Shown here piece after piece: positions 32,689 to 41,674 of a stretch of DNA of 51,342 nt. The stretch is from assembly GCA_034408725.1 (NCBI GenBank), contig JAWXCN010000151.1, positions 1 to 51,342 of the forward strand. The letters run 5' to 3'. The notes under the pieces are model-generated. The model was given only the letters and a program-made list of their open reading frames with translations. It had not been told where the DNA came from and searched no databases. Positions within the stretch are counted from its first letter, which is position 1. Each line of letters starts with the position of its first letter. The DNA comes from Candidatus Hydrogenedentota bacterium. GTDB taxonomy: Bacteria; Hydrogenedentota; Hydrogenedentia; Hydrogenedentales; SLHB01. The position numbers and the translations under genes were made by a program.

Positions 32689-34830
32689 TCACAGCGAAAC
32701 TACCGCGCCAGTCCGCGCGGACTCGAGCGCGGCGAATGTCAGCACGTGGCTGGTGTACGAAGCATCGAGTCCAATCGGTAGGTCGCTGTCCGCGCGGAAC
32801 GCGTCGACAATGGCCGAGAGCATCGCGCGATGCCCTTTGTCCTGCGCGCCGTTCCACGCCTTGCCCGATGCGCCGTAAAACTGGAGGGAGGTGTAGTCGT
32901 CCACCACGGCGCACGCACCCCCCGCATACATTTCGACCCGTTCCTTGGGCAGTTTCGCGTTGCCCATGGTCGTGTAGATAACAGTCGCGGTCGAACCGTC
33001 CGCGAATCGGACAACCGAACTGATGTTGTCGGTTCCGACGAACTGCTGTCCTTCATACGAGACTGAAGCGGATGCGACATTTACCGCCACGCTTCCTATT
33101 AGCCACGCGCAATAGTCGTAGAAGTGGCACGCCTCGCCCACCACGAGGCCACCGCCTTCTTCCGGCGGATGCATGAAATGTCCCGGCGGCAGCAGGCCCG
33201 CGTTGCACCGGTACACGACTGATTTCGGTCCCGCGCACGCATCGGCGAATTGCTTCAACCCGATGGACGCCGGTGCAAACCGGCGGTTGAACGCGCATGC
33301 GAACCGGACGGGATGTTGCTGAAGCGCGGCATATAGATCATCCAGTTCCCGCCGGTTTACCGCCATCGGTTTCTCGACGATCACGTCCTTGCCCGATTTC
33401 GCCGCTGCCAGCGCAATTGGAGCGTGCAAACTGTTCGGCGTTGCGATAAGCACCAAATCAATGTCGGAACGATTCAACGCTTCTTCGTATTCCGTGCCGT
33501 AATTCACGACGCCATAGTGTTCCGCAAGTTGCTTCACCTTTGGTCCACTGCGGCTGATCAACATGCCGATCTCGAATCCCGGCATCTTGTGAAGATAGGG
33601 TAAGCGTTCTTTCTTCGCGAACCCACCGCAACCAATCACGGCGATACGTGTGACATTGCGCGCGCCACGTCTCGGCGCAGTCGGCGCGGAAGGAGGAGGG
33701 ACTTTGCGTTTCGTGGGTGTCGGATATTCCAATACGATACCTAAAGGACGCGTCTCGCCGGATTGCAATTGTGCGTACGCGCGTTCTGCGTCACCGATCG
33801 GCACGACTTCGGATATCAGCGGCGCGACATCAAGGCGTCCATCCGCGATCATGCGAAGCACCGCGCCCATATTGCGGTTCTCAGTCCAGCGCACATGACT
33901 GATGGGATAGTCGAGCCCGCGCCCCTCGTAATTCACGTCGTACCGGCCAGGGCCGTACGAGCGCGACATGAAGACGTCGAGTTCTTTCGCGTAGAAAGCG
34001 TGGTACTCGAGTTCAAGACCAACTATTCCGAGGATCGAAATGCGACCGCGCATGCGCGCCATCGCAATTGCATCGTTCACCGGCTGCGAACTTTTTGTAG
34101 CCGCGGCGACGATCACGGCGTCCGCGCCTACGCCGCCGGTGAATTCGAGCACGCGCTCCAACGAATTGACTGCACCGGAAGCGTGTGCCTCATCCGCGCC
34201 GAGTTCTTTGGTGAGATCGGCGCGGTCCTGCGCGAGGTCGAAACCGAGCACGCGCGCGCCCGCGGCCTTCGCAAACTGAATGGCGAGCTGGCCCACAAGC
34301 CCGAGTCCCAACACGACGACGTTGTCGCCCAGCTCAATCTGCGCGCGCCGCGCGCCCTGCAAGGCAATCGCGCCAAGCGTCGCGAAACAGGCGTGTTGGG
34401 GTTCGACCGAATCCGGCGCGCGCACCACAAGGTTCTCGGGCACGCACGCAATTTCCGCGTGACTCGCGCTCGATCCGCCGCATGCCACGCGGTCGCCGGG
34501 AGCGAAACGCGTAACTTCATTTCCAACTTCGACCACAATCCCCGCCGCGCTGTAGCCCATGGGTTTGGGTTCGTTGACTTTTTCCTGCACAGCGGAAATC
34601 GCGGCGGAAACGCCCTGGGTCTTGACGCGGTCCCACACTTTTTTTACGAGGTCAGGCCGGTCTTTCGCGCGAGCCAGGAGGTTTTGGCCCGTCTGGGCGA
34701 TAGTGTAGGTTTCCGTGCCGGAACTGATGAGGGAATGCGTGACCGCGATCTTGACTTCACCCGCGCCGCACGCCGGTTCCGGCACCTCGGCGACGCTGAT
34801 CGCACCCTTGATGTTGATCACCTGCTTCAC
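32689..34830 (-). CDS. Bi-domain oxidoreductase (MDR/Zn-ADH-like plus Gfo/Idh/MocA) of polysaccharide loci
   Basis: SLISSGTE, PMGYSAAG, GLGLVGQ, SRSYGPGRYD..YE, RWTENRNM, IGCGGF, VEKPMA and GEACHFYD. Start moved to GTG 34830 (MKQVI, GGAG upstream). Confidence 0.9.
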   Translation of the reverse strand: MKQVINIKGAISVAEVPEPACGAGEVKIAVTHSLISSGTETYTIAQTGQNLLARAKDRPDLVKKVWDRVKTQGVSAAISAVQEKVNEPKPMGYSAAGIVVEVGNEVTRFAPGDRVACGGSSASHAEIACVPENLVVRAPDSVEPQHACFATLGAIALQGARRAQIELGDNVVVLGLGLVGQLAIQFAKAAGARVLGFDLAQDRADLTKELGADEAHASGAVNSLERVLEFTGGVGADAVIVAAATKSSQPVNDAIAMARMRGRISILGIVGLELEYHAFYAKELDVFMSRSYGPGRYDVNYEGRGLDYPISHVRWTENRNMGAVLRMIADGRLDVAPLISEVVPIGDAERAYAQLQSGETRPLGIVLEYPTPTKRKVPPPSAPTAPRRGARNVTRIAVIGCGGFAKKERLPYLHKMPGFEIGMLISRSGPKVKQLAEHYGVVNYGTEYEEALNRSDIDLVLIATPNSLHAPIALAAAKSGKDVIVEKPMAVNRRELDDLYAALQQHPVRFACAFNRRFAPASIGLKQFADACAGPKSVVYRCNAGLLPPGHFMHPPEEGGGLVVGEACHFYDYCAWLIGSVAVNVASASVSYEGQQFVGTDNISSVVRFADGSTATVIYTTMGNAKLPKERVEMYAGGACAVVDDYTSLQFYGASGKAWNGAQDKGHRAMLSAIVDAFRADSDLPIGLDASYTSHVLTFAALESARTGAVVSL

Positions 34831-34994
34831 GCGCACAAACTCCATCTCAGCGCAATTCCGCCCCAATCGCAGCAGCGTGGCACGATACCGGATTTCATTG
34901 GGATTAACAAGGAACGACAGCGTAGCAAACGCTTGCGAAGACTCGATACAATCGGCCCTAGTATGGCACATAATTTCAATCGGGGGAGTCTGCA

Positions 34995-36551
34995 ATGCGA
35001 CTGAGCCTGGCGTTGATGATTTTTGCTTTGACGGCGATCTGCCCCGCGCACGCGCTGTCGTTGGGCGAGGCGGCGGGACCGGTGTCGTTCGAGACGCTGG
35101 ACGGACATCCGCGCACCATGGACAATTACGCCGACCGCGCGGGCACCGTTGTCGTGTTCTTATCAGGACGTTGCGACACCACCATCGCGCAGTTTCCGGC
35201 AATAAACGCAGTCCATGAAAAATACCGCCAGAATGAAGTCTTATTTGTCGGAGTGGTATCAAATCCCGCGGAAAGCGGCGATGAACTTCGTACATTTTCG
35301 CAAAACTTGGGCTGCCGGTTCCCCATCTATCGTGAACCCTCCGGCGCCACCGCAAAAAAGTTCGGAGCGACCGTTACTCCGTCGTTTTACCTGCTCGACG
35401 CCACGGGCAAACTGCTGTATCACGGTGGCCTCGGAACGGAATCAGAAGGACTTGAATCCGCGATTGTCGCGTTGCTTGCAAAGGAACCGGTCAAGGTATC
35501 TACGACAACGCCCACCGGCACGCCCATCACCAAACCCGGAGCAAAGCGCGCAATACCCGATCCCTACGGGACAATGTCGTTCTCATCCGAATTGATCTTC
35601 ACCAAAATTCCCGATGTCGCCGTACACCATTGCTCGACGATCACCGAAGCGCCCAATGGCGACATGCTGTGCCTCTGGTACGCAGGCAGCTACGAATCGG
35701 CCGACGACCAGGCGCTGTACCTTGCGCGGCTACCCAAAGGAAAACGCATTTGGACAACGCCGGAGCGCATCGTGTGGAACCCCGAAACGCCGCCGGGCAA
35801 CGCAATAATCTTTGCCACGCCGGACAAGCACGTGTGGATCATCTGGGGCCGCATGGAAGGCAGCCGGCCCACGCGCCGCGGCTCCGGCTGGTCGCAATGC
35901 CGCCTCATCGCGCGCACCTCATCTGACAGTGGAAAGACTTGGACCGAAGACGCGGAACTTCCCAACAGTTTCGGTTGGCTCCCGCGCAATGCGCCGTTGA
36001 CATTAAAAGACGGGCGCTTCGCGCTGCCCGTCAGCGGCGACGTGGATAGCGTGTACGCGGGTTTTCTGCTCGTGCTCGAGGAAAACAATCGCTCGTGGAA
36101 ACGCATTGGCCTGATGCCCGGCGGTGAACAGCCCACGGTGTTCGAGCGCGACAACGGCGAGTTGGTGAGCCTTATGCGCGGGCATCCGCGCATCCTTCAG
36201 AGCGCATCGAAAGACGGCGGCAACACCTGGACTACGCCGGAGAAAACCGATCTGAACTGTCCCGAATCCGGTATCGCCGTCACGAAACTGCGCAGCGGCC
36301 GCATCTTACTTGCATACAACAACACGCCCGAATGGGACCGCACACCATTCAACATCATTCAGTCCACGGACGACGGCAAGACCTGGGGCGAAATAAAAAT
36401 CATGGAACAGGACTGGGGCGAGTTCTCCTACCCCTGCATCATTCAGTCATCCGACGGCATGGTACACCTGACCTACACCTACCGCCGGTTTAGCATCAAA
36501 CACGCAACCTTTGACGAAGGCTGGCTCAAAACAAAAGAGCGTCCGAATTAA
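34995..36551 (+). CDS. Secreted redoxin (AhpC/TSA-like) - BNR sialidase fusion protein
   Basis: Signal peptide; thioredoxin-like VVVFLSGRCD...AKKFGATVTPSFYLLDATGKLLYHG; then HCSTITEAPNGD, Asp boxes SSDSGKTW, SKDGGNTW and STDDGKTW, and EFSYP. Confidence 0.85.
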   Translation: MRLSLALMIFALTAICPAHALSLGEAAGPVSFETLDGHPRTMDNYADRAGTVVVFLSGRCDTTIAQFPAINAVHEKYRQNEVLFVGVVSNPAESGDELRTFSQNLGCRFPIYREPSGATAKKFGATVTPSFYLLDATGKLLYHGGLGTESEGLESAIVALLAKEPVKVSTTTPTGTPITKPGAKRAIPDPYGTMSFSSELIFTKIPDVAVHHCSTITEAPNGDMLCLWYAGSYESADDQALYLARLPKGKRIWTTPERIVWNPETPPGNAIIFATPDKHVWIIWGRMEGSRPTRRGSGWSQCRLIARTSSDSGKTWTEDAELPNSFGWLPRNAPLTLKDGRFALPVSGDVDSVYAGFLLVLEENNRSWKRIGLMPGGEQPTVFERDNGELVSLMRGHPRILQSASKDGGNTWTTPEKTDLNCPESGIAVTKLRSGRILLAYNNTPEWDRTPFNIIQSTDDGKTWGEIKIMEQDWGEFSYPCIIQSSDGMVHLTYTYRRFSIKHATFDEGWLKTKERPN

Positions 36552-36555
36552 CCCG

Positions 36556-36624
36556 GGAGGGCGGGTTTTCAACCCGCCATTTTCTTGATAAAGAATTCAA
36601 TCGCGGGTTGGAAACCCGCGCTCC
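36556..36624. repeat. Inverted REP doublet (GGAG + hairpin) between convergent genes
   Basis: GGAGGGCGGGTTTTCAACCCGCC (36556-36578) and CGCGGGTTGGAAACCCGCGCTCC (36602-36624). Confidence 0.8.
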
Positions 36625-36628
36625 GGAA

Positions 36629-39600
36629 TTATCGAATTCTAAATGTATCGTCGCTAAAGTCTGATAAGGTCGCGTCAGTTTCTGAACTTATGCGGACCTG
36701 ATAACCACCCCCGCGCGTGATTTCTTTCGGCACTCGCCAAGGCGCTTTTCCATCGTTGGTCAATCCTTCCCGGATTTGTTCCACCAACACGCCATGCCGG
36801 TAAAGCTCGACACGCACGGGTCCTTCCAGGCTACCCTGCGATTTCCATCGGATGGAAACCTTTTTGCCGCGGCGAAGTTTCTCGCCGCCGTTCGGCGACT
36901 GCACTTGCAACCGGACGAATGCCGCCTGTGTCACCACGACAACTACAGGCGCATTGCGCGCTCCCGGCGCGATAATACGGATCGATGCCGTGCGCGAATC
37001 GGCCCCAGGATTTGATTCATACGCAACTTCGATTTGGCCACCGTCCGTTCCACTCGCGCCAGTAGTGATAACCAACCAGTCACCATTCAATACTGTCGCG
37101 TCCCAATCAATACCCGAGCCACCCTCCACGCTGAGATCGAAAGTGGCTGTGCCTGCATCCGAAGGCAGCTCCCGGCTATCGGGCGCAACGGCGATACTGG
37201 GCGCGGCGGCCTGCGTGACAGTGACATCAACGGTCGGATTCACCGCGCCAGGCGCGCTGATGCGTAGTGTGCCCGTGCGCTGATTGCCCGTATTTTTCGC
37301 GAACGACAGGCCGATCACGCCGCTGTTCAAGCCATCCTCGCCACTGGTGACATTCAACCACTCACCGCCCGTTTGCACGATCGCAGTCCACGAAAATGTG
37401 CCACCGCCGGCGTTGGCTACCACGAATGACGTCACACCCGCCGCCGCGCCGACGGTACGCGCAGACGGCGACACCGTTAATGCTGGCGCGGCCCCCTGCA
37501 GAATCGTTACGTCCGCGGGGCTGCCGGTTGCGCCTGGCGCACTGATGCGCAATGTCGCCGACCGCTCGCTCGCGATTGTGTTTGCTTCAACTGCAATGCG
37601 CACTGTCCCATCGCCGGAGCCGCTTGCGCCGGATTCCAGCGAGAGCCATGTCGCGTCGCCAAGAATTTCCGCGGTCCAGTTCATCAAACCTGCGCCAACA
37701 TTCTGGACCGAAAATTCTGTAATTTCCGCGCCGGGGCCAACGTCACGTTGCGTGGGAGACACGCTTAACGCCGCCTGCGACGCTGCGTAATCTTGCGCTG
37801 GAAGGTCCGCCGCAACATTCACGTAGGTACGCGACACTGGCGAAAAGCTGTAGCCCAAAAGCTGTGGCGTCACCACGCCCGCGAATCCGCCAGGCACGGT
37901 GGCGGAATAGGCGCCATTCGCGCCGGTCACCGGATTTCCGGGCAAGCCGTCTAGCGTTACGCCCTCCAATGCCGCGCCTCCCGGAAGCGTGACGACACCC
38001 GCGATGGTGTACGACGAGTCGCAGGACCCGTACGCGTTCAAATCGCTTTGGATGAAATCCGCGGGGACGCCGAGGCCCTTCGACAGCCCGACGACTCCAT
38101 CAAGCGAGTCAATTTGAAGATGCGTAACTTGGATGCGCCCGTCGAAGTACAGCTCGACCTGAACGTTGTTCGCATCCGCCACGCCGAACTCGGGCACATT
38201 CACCCAGCTCACCACCGCCCGATCGGCGAGTTGCTGATACCGCAGCGGATGCTGGCTGTCAGGCACGAGGTCGTCAAACAACGCGGAGATGCCCGGTTGT
38301 GCGAAATGCCCCTGGAGGGATTCGGAGTATTCATCATTACCCTCATCAAACATGATATATCCGTTGCTGCCGATATAGAGTTTCGTGTAATCGATGCCGT
38401 AGAAGGGAAATGACTTGCCGTCCCCAAGCGCCACTTCAACGAAGCTGTCGTCGGTCAGGTTCAGCACCGTTCCCGTCGTGGGGTTCGAGGGAAAAATAAA
38501 CGCTGTCGTCCGGCAGACACTGTAGAAACTGGTCGATCCGTTAGGGGTAAATAACAGTGACTGGTTATGCAGGTCATTGTCACCGGTTGGAAATGCTTCA
38601 GTGAAAAAGTCGGGACGTTCGGACGTGGTGAAGAAAAAGCATCCGCCGTCATTCGCAAACGCTTGATTGCCCGCCATATCCGTCGCGCGGACCACGAAAA
38701 AGTACGGCGTGGAAGGAGAGAGACCGGTGAGCACCGCGGAATGTTGCGTGACGCTGTCGCCACCGCTGCGAATTTGTGAAGTGGCGTTGCACGATTGCCC
38801 GAACATGACCGTACTCGAAGCCGGTCCATCTGTCGAGAAACTCACCGTCGCCTGCGTGCTGTACTGATCGTCGATCTGTACATCAAAGATCACCGGCGGC
38901 GCGCAATCTACCAGCGCAGCGTCGGAGACTTCCGCGGGCTGGCCGTTTGCGTCGCTCGCATCCGAATACGCAACGGTGACCGCAGCGCCATTTGCGACCG
39001 ACACGATGCCTGCGCCGGGGCTCGTCTCCGAGCTCAGCACCACCTCACCCGTGAACAACCCCGAATCAATATCGGTTTCCGCCAGCGTCGCCACTTCAAC
39101 GTCGCCCGTGCTCGAAGTCACAACAACATCAACAACCGACGCTCCGCGCAAATCCGAATCGCTTACCGATACCGTCAGGGTGTCATCGCAGGAAACCAAG
39201 CCCGGTGAAACGTGGACAAGTCCCTGTTCGCTTTGATCGGTCGCGTTCCACGCAAATAAGGCGAAATCCTGGTCCAACGCGCCACCTATGTTTCGCACGC
39301 CGTCCGCAGCGATGTTGAACGCTTTCACCCGCACGGTGATGACTTCTCCGCTGGTACCCGCGATATAGACGGCTTCAATATTGTTGGTGTGGTCGGCGTT
39401 ACCGCCGATGGTCGAAAACCCATTGGTGAATACGTTGCCGCGGATTGTGGTGACGTCGCTGACGACTTCGAGATCGAGGTCATTCACAAGGTTTACCGCG
39501 GTGCCCGGCGCGGCGGGAGCATCGGTCCAGGCGAGCGTGATCTTGACCGGCTTGCTGACATCGACGGCTCGGAGCGCGATTTCCAGTGTTTGGCCGGACG

Positions 39601-41404
39601 CCGTGAACACGTGTTCCTGGTCGTGCGTGTATAGCGTATGTTTCATGTCCATCAGCGTGCCAAGATTTACGGTCCCCCAGCCCTGCTTGTTGTTCGGAAT
39701 GTGTCCGATCGTGCCGCCATTGCCGTCGCCGCCGCCCTGGATGCTGGTTGCGGTGTTGGTGAGGATGGCGCGCACGAGCGCGGGGCTTGGCGCGGAAGGA
39801 AACCCGAGCGGCGCAAGTTGCGTGCTGAACAGTTCATGCACCAGCATTCCCGCGCCGCAGGCGATCGGACACGAATGGCTCGTGCCCGATGACCGCGCGT
39901 AATCCGTCTGGCCGATGGGCCAATATTGATCGCAAATACCTGTCCCATCGTATCCGGTGACCGTCGATGCAGGTCCGGCAACGTGCGTGCCTACCGCAAC
40001 AATTGAAATGCCGAAACGGCCATCAATAGCCGGGCCGCGACTTGAGAACGCCGCGAGGTCGCGGTTATTGTTCGAGTTCGCCGCGTTGATGTTGCAGCCG
40101 TCCTTGCCGTCAGCGTCGCTGTTCTCCGTCGCGCCCACGGTAATGACATTCTTCGCGGTGCCCGGCGAGCCAAGTGTGCCGTTCGCGGGTCCGTCGTTGC
40201 CCGCTGAAAAGAAATAGACCATCGGCTGGTTGCCGGGTTCGTTAGGATCACTGTCGCGGGTGAGCGCATCGAACTCTGCGGAATCGGAGGTGTACTCGCC
40301 ATCGACAGATGCGCCCCATGAATTATTCGAGAACCGCGCGCCCGCGTTCTGCGCCAATCGCGCAAGTTCGGTAAACGTCGTCGCGCCGATATCGAAGTCG
40401 CCGTCGTTGCGGAATATCTTGGTGGCGTACACCGAAGCATTCGGTGTGACGCCCAGCCCGCGCAGGAAGCCCGCGCTATCCGTGGCGCCCAATGCAGCAT
40501 TGCCGATGATGATGCCCGTATTGATCTGGCCATGCCCGGCGCGGCTGTCTCCGAGCAGGTCGCCCGTCGCGTTTGCAATGCCCCCGATTCGGCCGAGGAT
40601 GTCCACGTGCGCCGTGCCCGGCAGGTTCGTCGCAATGCCCTTGTCGAGGCCATCGTCCTGCACCTGCACGACCATACCCGCGCCGCCCGTAAGACCGTGC
40701 GCATCCAGCCATGCCTCGTATCCCGGCCCCGACGGCGCGGTGCCGCCCGCGTTCAAGTTTCCCGCGGCGGTTTGAATTGCGCGTTCGCCGTGCAACTCAT
40801 ATTGCGGCATCGTCTCAACGCGAAACACGGAATCGATCTGCGAAATGTCGGAAGACTTGGACAGCGGAGCAACCACGCGCGTCTCATACCAACCCATCGG
40901 TGTGCGCCGCGTGCGGAGATTGCGATATCCCGCGCCTTCAAGCTCCTTGGCCGCACGCGCATCCACGCTCAGCACGATGTATGACATCGGCGTTGCGGCG
41001 GCCTTGGCGTCCAACTTGGCTATTTCCGCGCTGATAACGCGGCTGACCTTCGCGTCCGGTGGCAATAGCCCCGTCCACACCGCCCCCGGCACAGTCTGCA
41101 ACTTCCCCAACGCGTCCGCGGGAACCGTGACCAGATACGCGTAATCGGGCAAATACTGATGGACGGTTGCACCCGCGCGTTCGAGCGCAGAAATGTCGCC
41201 CGTCTTGATAGGACCGGAAAACTGCACAACGACGGTAATCCGCTCGACGGCTTTTCCGCGGGCATCAAGTTGTTTTTGCGTCAGCGACGGGAGCGTCGAG
41301 GTGTCAATGGACTTGCCCGAAAACCGCAACGATCCGGCGTGGGCCGTGAGAGATAGGATTAGCGCGGCAAGAAGTGTTGAGGCGAACCGATTCGTGCGAG
41401 ACAT
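36629..41404 (-). CDS. Large secreted S8 subtilase with FN3-like, NIDO-like and three BACON-like domains
   Basis: Catalytic D (QVQDDG), H (AGHGQIN), oxyanion N (FSAGNDG) and S (SGTSHSCP); LVNDLDLEV beta domain; BACON-like W-L-x-x-x-SG...N...R-x-x-x-[LI]-RI repeats. Start moved to ATG 41404. Confidence 0.9.
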   Translation of the reverse strand: MSRTNRFASTLLAALILSLTAHAGSLRFSGKSIDTSTLPSLTQKQLDARGKAVERITVVVQFSGPIKTGDISALERAGATVHQYLPDYAYLVTVPADALGKLQTVPGAVWTGLLPPDAKVSRVISAEIAKLDAKAAATPMSYIVLSVDARAAKELEGAGYRNLRTRRTPMGWYETRVVAPLSKSSDISQIDSVFRVETMPQYELHGERAIQTAAGNLNAGGTAPSGPGYEAWLDAHGLTGGAGMVVQVQDDGLDKGIATNLPGTAHVDILGRIGGIANATGDLLGDSRAGHGQINTGIIIGNAALGATDSAGFLRGLGVTPNASVYATKIFRNDGDFDIGATTFTELARLAQNAGARFSNNSWGASVDGEYTSDSAEFDALTRDSDPNEPGNQPMVYFFSAGNDGPANGTLGSPGTAKNVITVGATENSDADGKDGCNINAANSNNNRDLAAFSSRGPAIDGRFGISIVAVGTHVAGPASTVTGYDGTGICDQYWPIGQTDYARSSGTSHSCPIACGAGMLVHELFSTQLAPLGFPSAPSPALVRAILTNTATSIQGGGDGNGGTIGHIPNNKQGWGTVNLGTLMDMKHTLYTHDQEHVFTASGQTLEIALRAVDVSKPVKITLAWTDAPAAPGTAVNLVNDLDLEVVSDVTTIRGNVFTNGFSTIGGNADHTNNIEAVYIAGTSGEVITVRVKAFNIAADGVRNIGGALDQDFALFAWNATDQSEQGLVHVSPGLVSCDDTLTVSVSDSDLRGASVVDVVVTSSTGDVEVATLAETDIDSGLFTGEVVLSSETSPGAGIVSVANGAAVTVAYSDASDANGQPAEVSDAALVDCAPPVIFDVQIDDQYSTQATVSFSTDGPASSTVMFGQSCNATSQIRSGGDSVTQHSAVLTGLSPSTPYFFVVRATDMAGNQAFANDGGCFFFTTSERPDFFTEAFPTGDNDLHNQSLLFTPNGSTSFYSVCRTTAFIFPSNPTTGTVLNLTDDSFVEVALGDGKSFPFYGIDYTKLYIGSNGYIMFDEGNDEYSESLQGHFAQPGISALFDDLVPDSQHPLRYQQLADRAVVSWVNVPEFGVADANNVQVELYFDGRIQVTHLQIDSLDGVVGLSKGLGVPADFIQSDLNAYGSCDSSYTIAGVVTLPGGAALEGVTLDGLPGNPVTGANGAYSATVPGGFAGVVTPQLLGYSFSPVSRTYVNVAADLPAQDYAASQAALSVSPTQRDVGPGAEITEFSVQNVGAGLMNWTAEILGDATWLSLESGASGSGDGTVRIAVEANTIASERSATLRISAPGATGSPADVTILQGAAPALTVSPSARTVGAAAGVTSFVVANAGGGTFSWTAIVQTGGEWLNVTSGEDGLNSGVIGLSFAKNTGNQRTGTLRISAPGAVNPTVDVTVTQAAAPSIAVAPDSRELPSDAGTATFDLSVEGGSGIDWDATVLNGDWLVITTGASGTDGGQIEVAYESNPGADSRTASIRIIAPGARNAPVVVVVTQAAFVRLQVQSPNGGEKLRRGKKVSIRWKSQGSLEGPVRVELYRHGVLVEQIREGLTNDGKAPWRVPKEITRGGGYQVRISSETDATLSDFSDDTFRIR

Positions 41405-41561
41405 ACGAGACCTTTCCGCTACCGCGCCAGCACTCCCCAGTGCCCGGCTCAGCAGCAAACGTCCTTTGTACTATGTGCACAGTTGTTGCCATTCGGCCAA
41501 CCCAGTGCGCCTCGCAAAAGCATCCCAAAAAGCGAAATGCAGCCCCAAGAACATCCCAAGA

Positions 41562-41595
41562 GTAATGCATTGACGGTGAAGTGTCAATAGATTAC
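41562..41595. promoter_or_regulatory. Interrupted palindrome in a divergent intergenic region (candidate operator overlapping a minus-strand promoter)
   Basis: GTAAT-GC-ATTGAC-N8-GTCAAT-AG-ATTAC; minus strand TTGACA(41587-41582)-17 bp-TACTCT. Confidence 0.45.
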
Positions 41596-41674
41596 CGGGA
41601 ACTCTAGCCGACTCGCGAACATGGTTAACTTCAACGTGCAACGGCATACTGATCAGGGTTTAGGGGTAAATCGG

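Noticed and set aside
34878-34980. Two TGGCAC motifs as sigma54 promoters
   Set aside because: Neither has the -12 TTGC at the required spacing.
34831-35355. 175-aa N-terminal extension on the bi-domain oxidoreductase
   Set aside because: It overlaps the divergent redoxin-sialidase gene; family similarity begins at MKQVI (34830).
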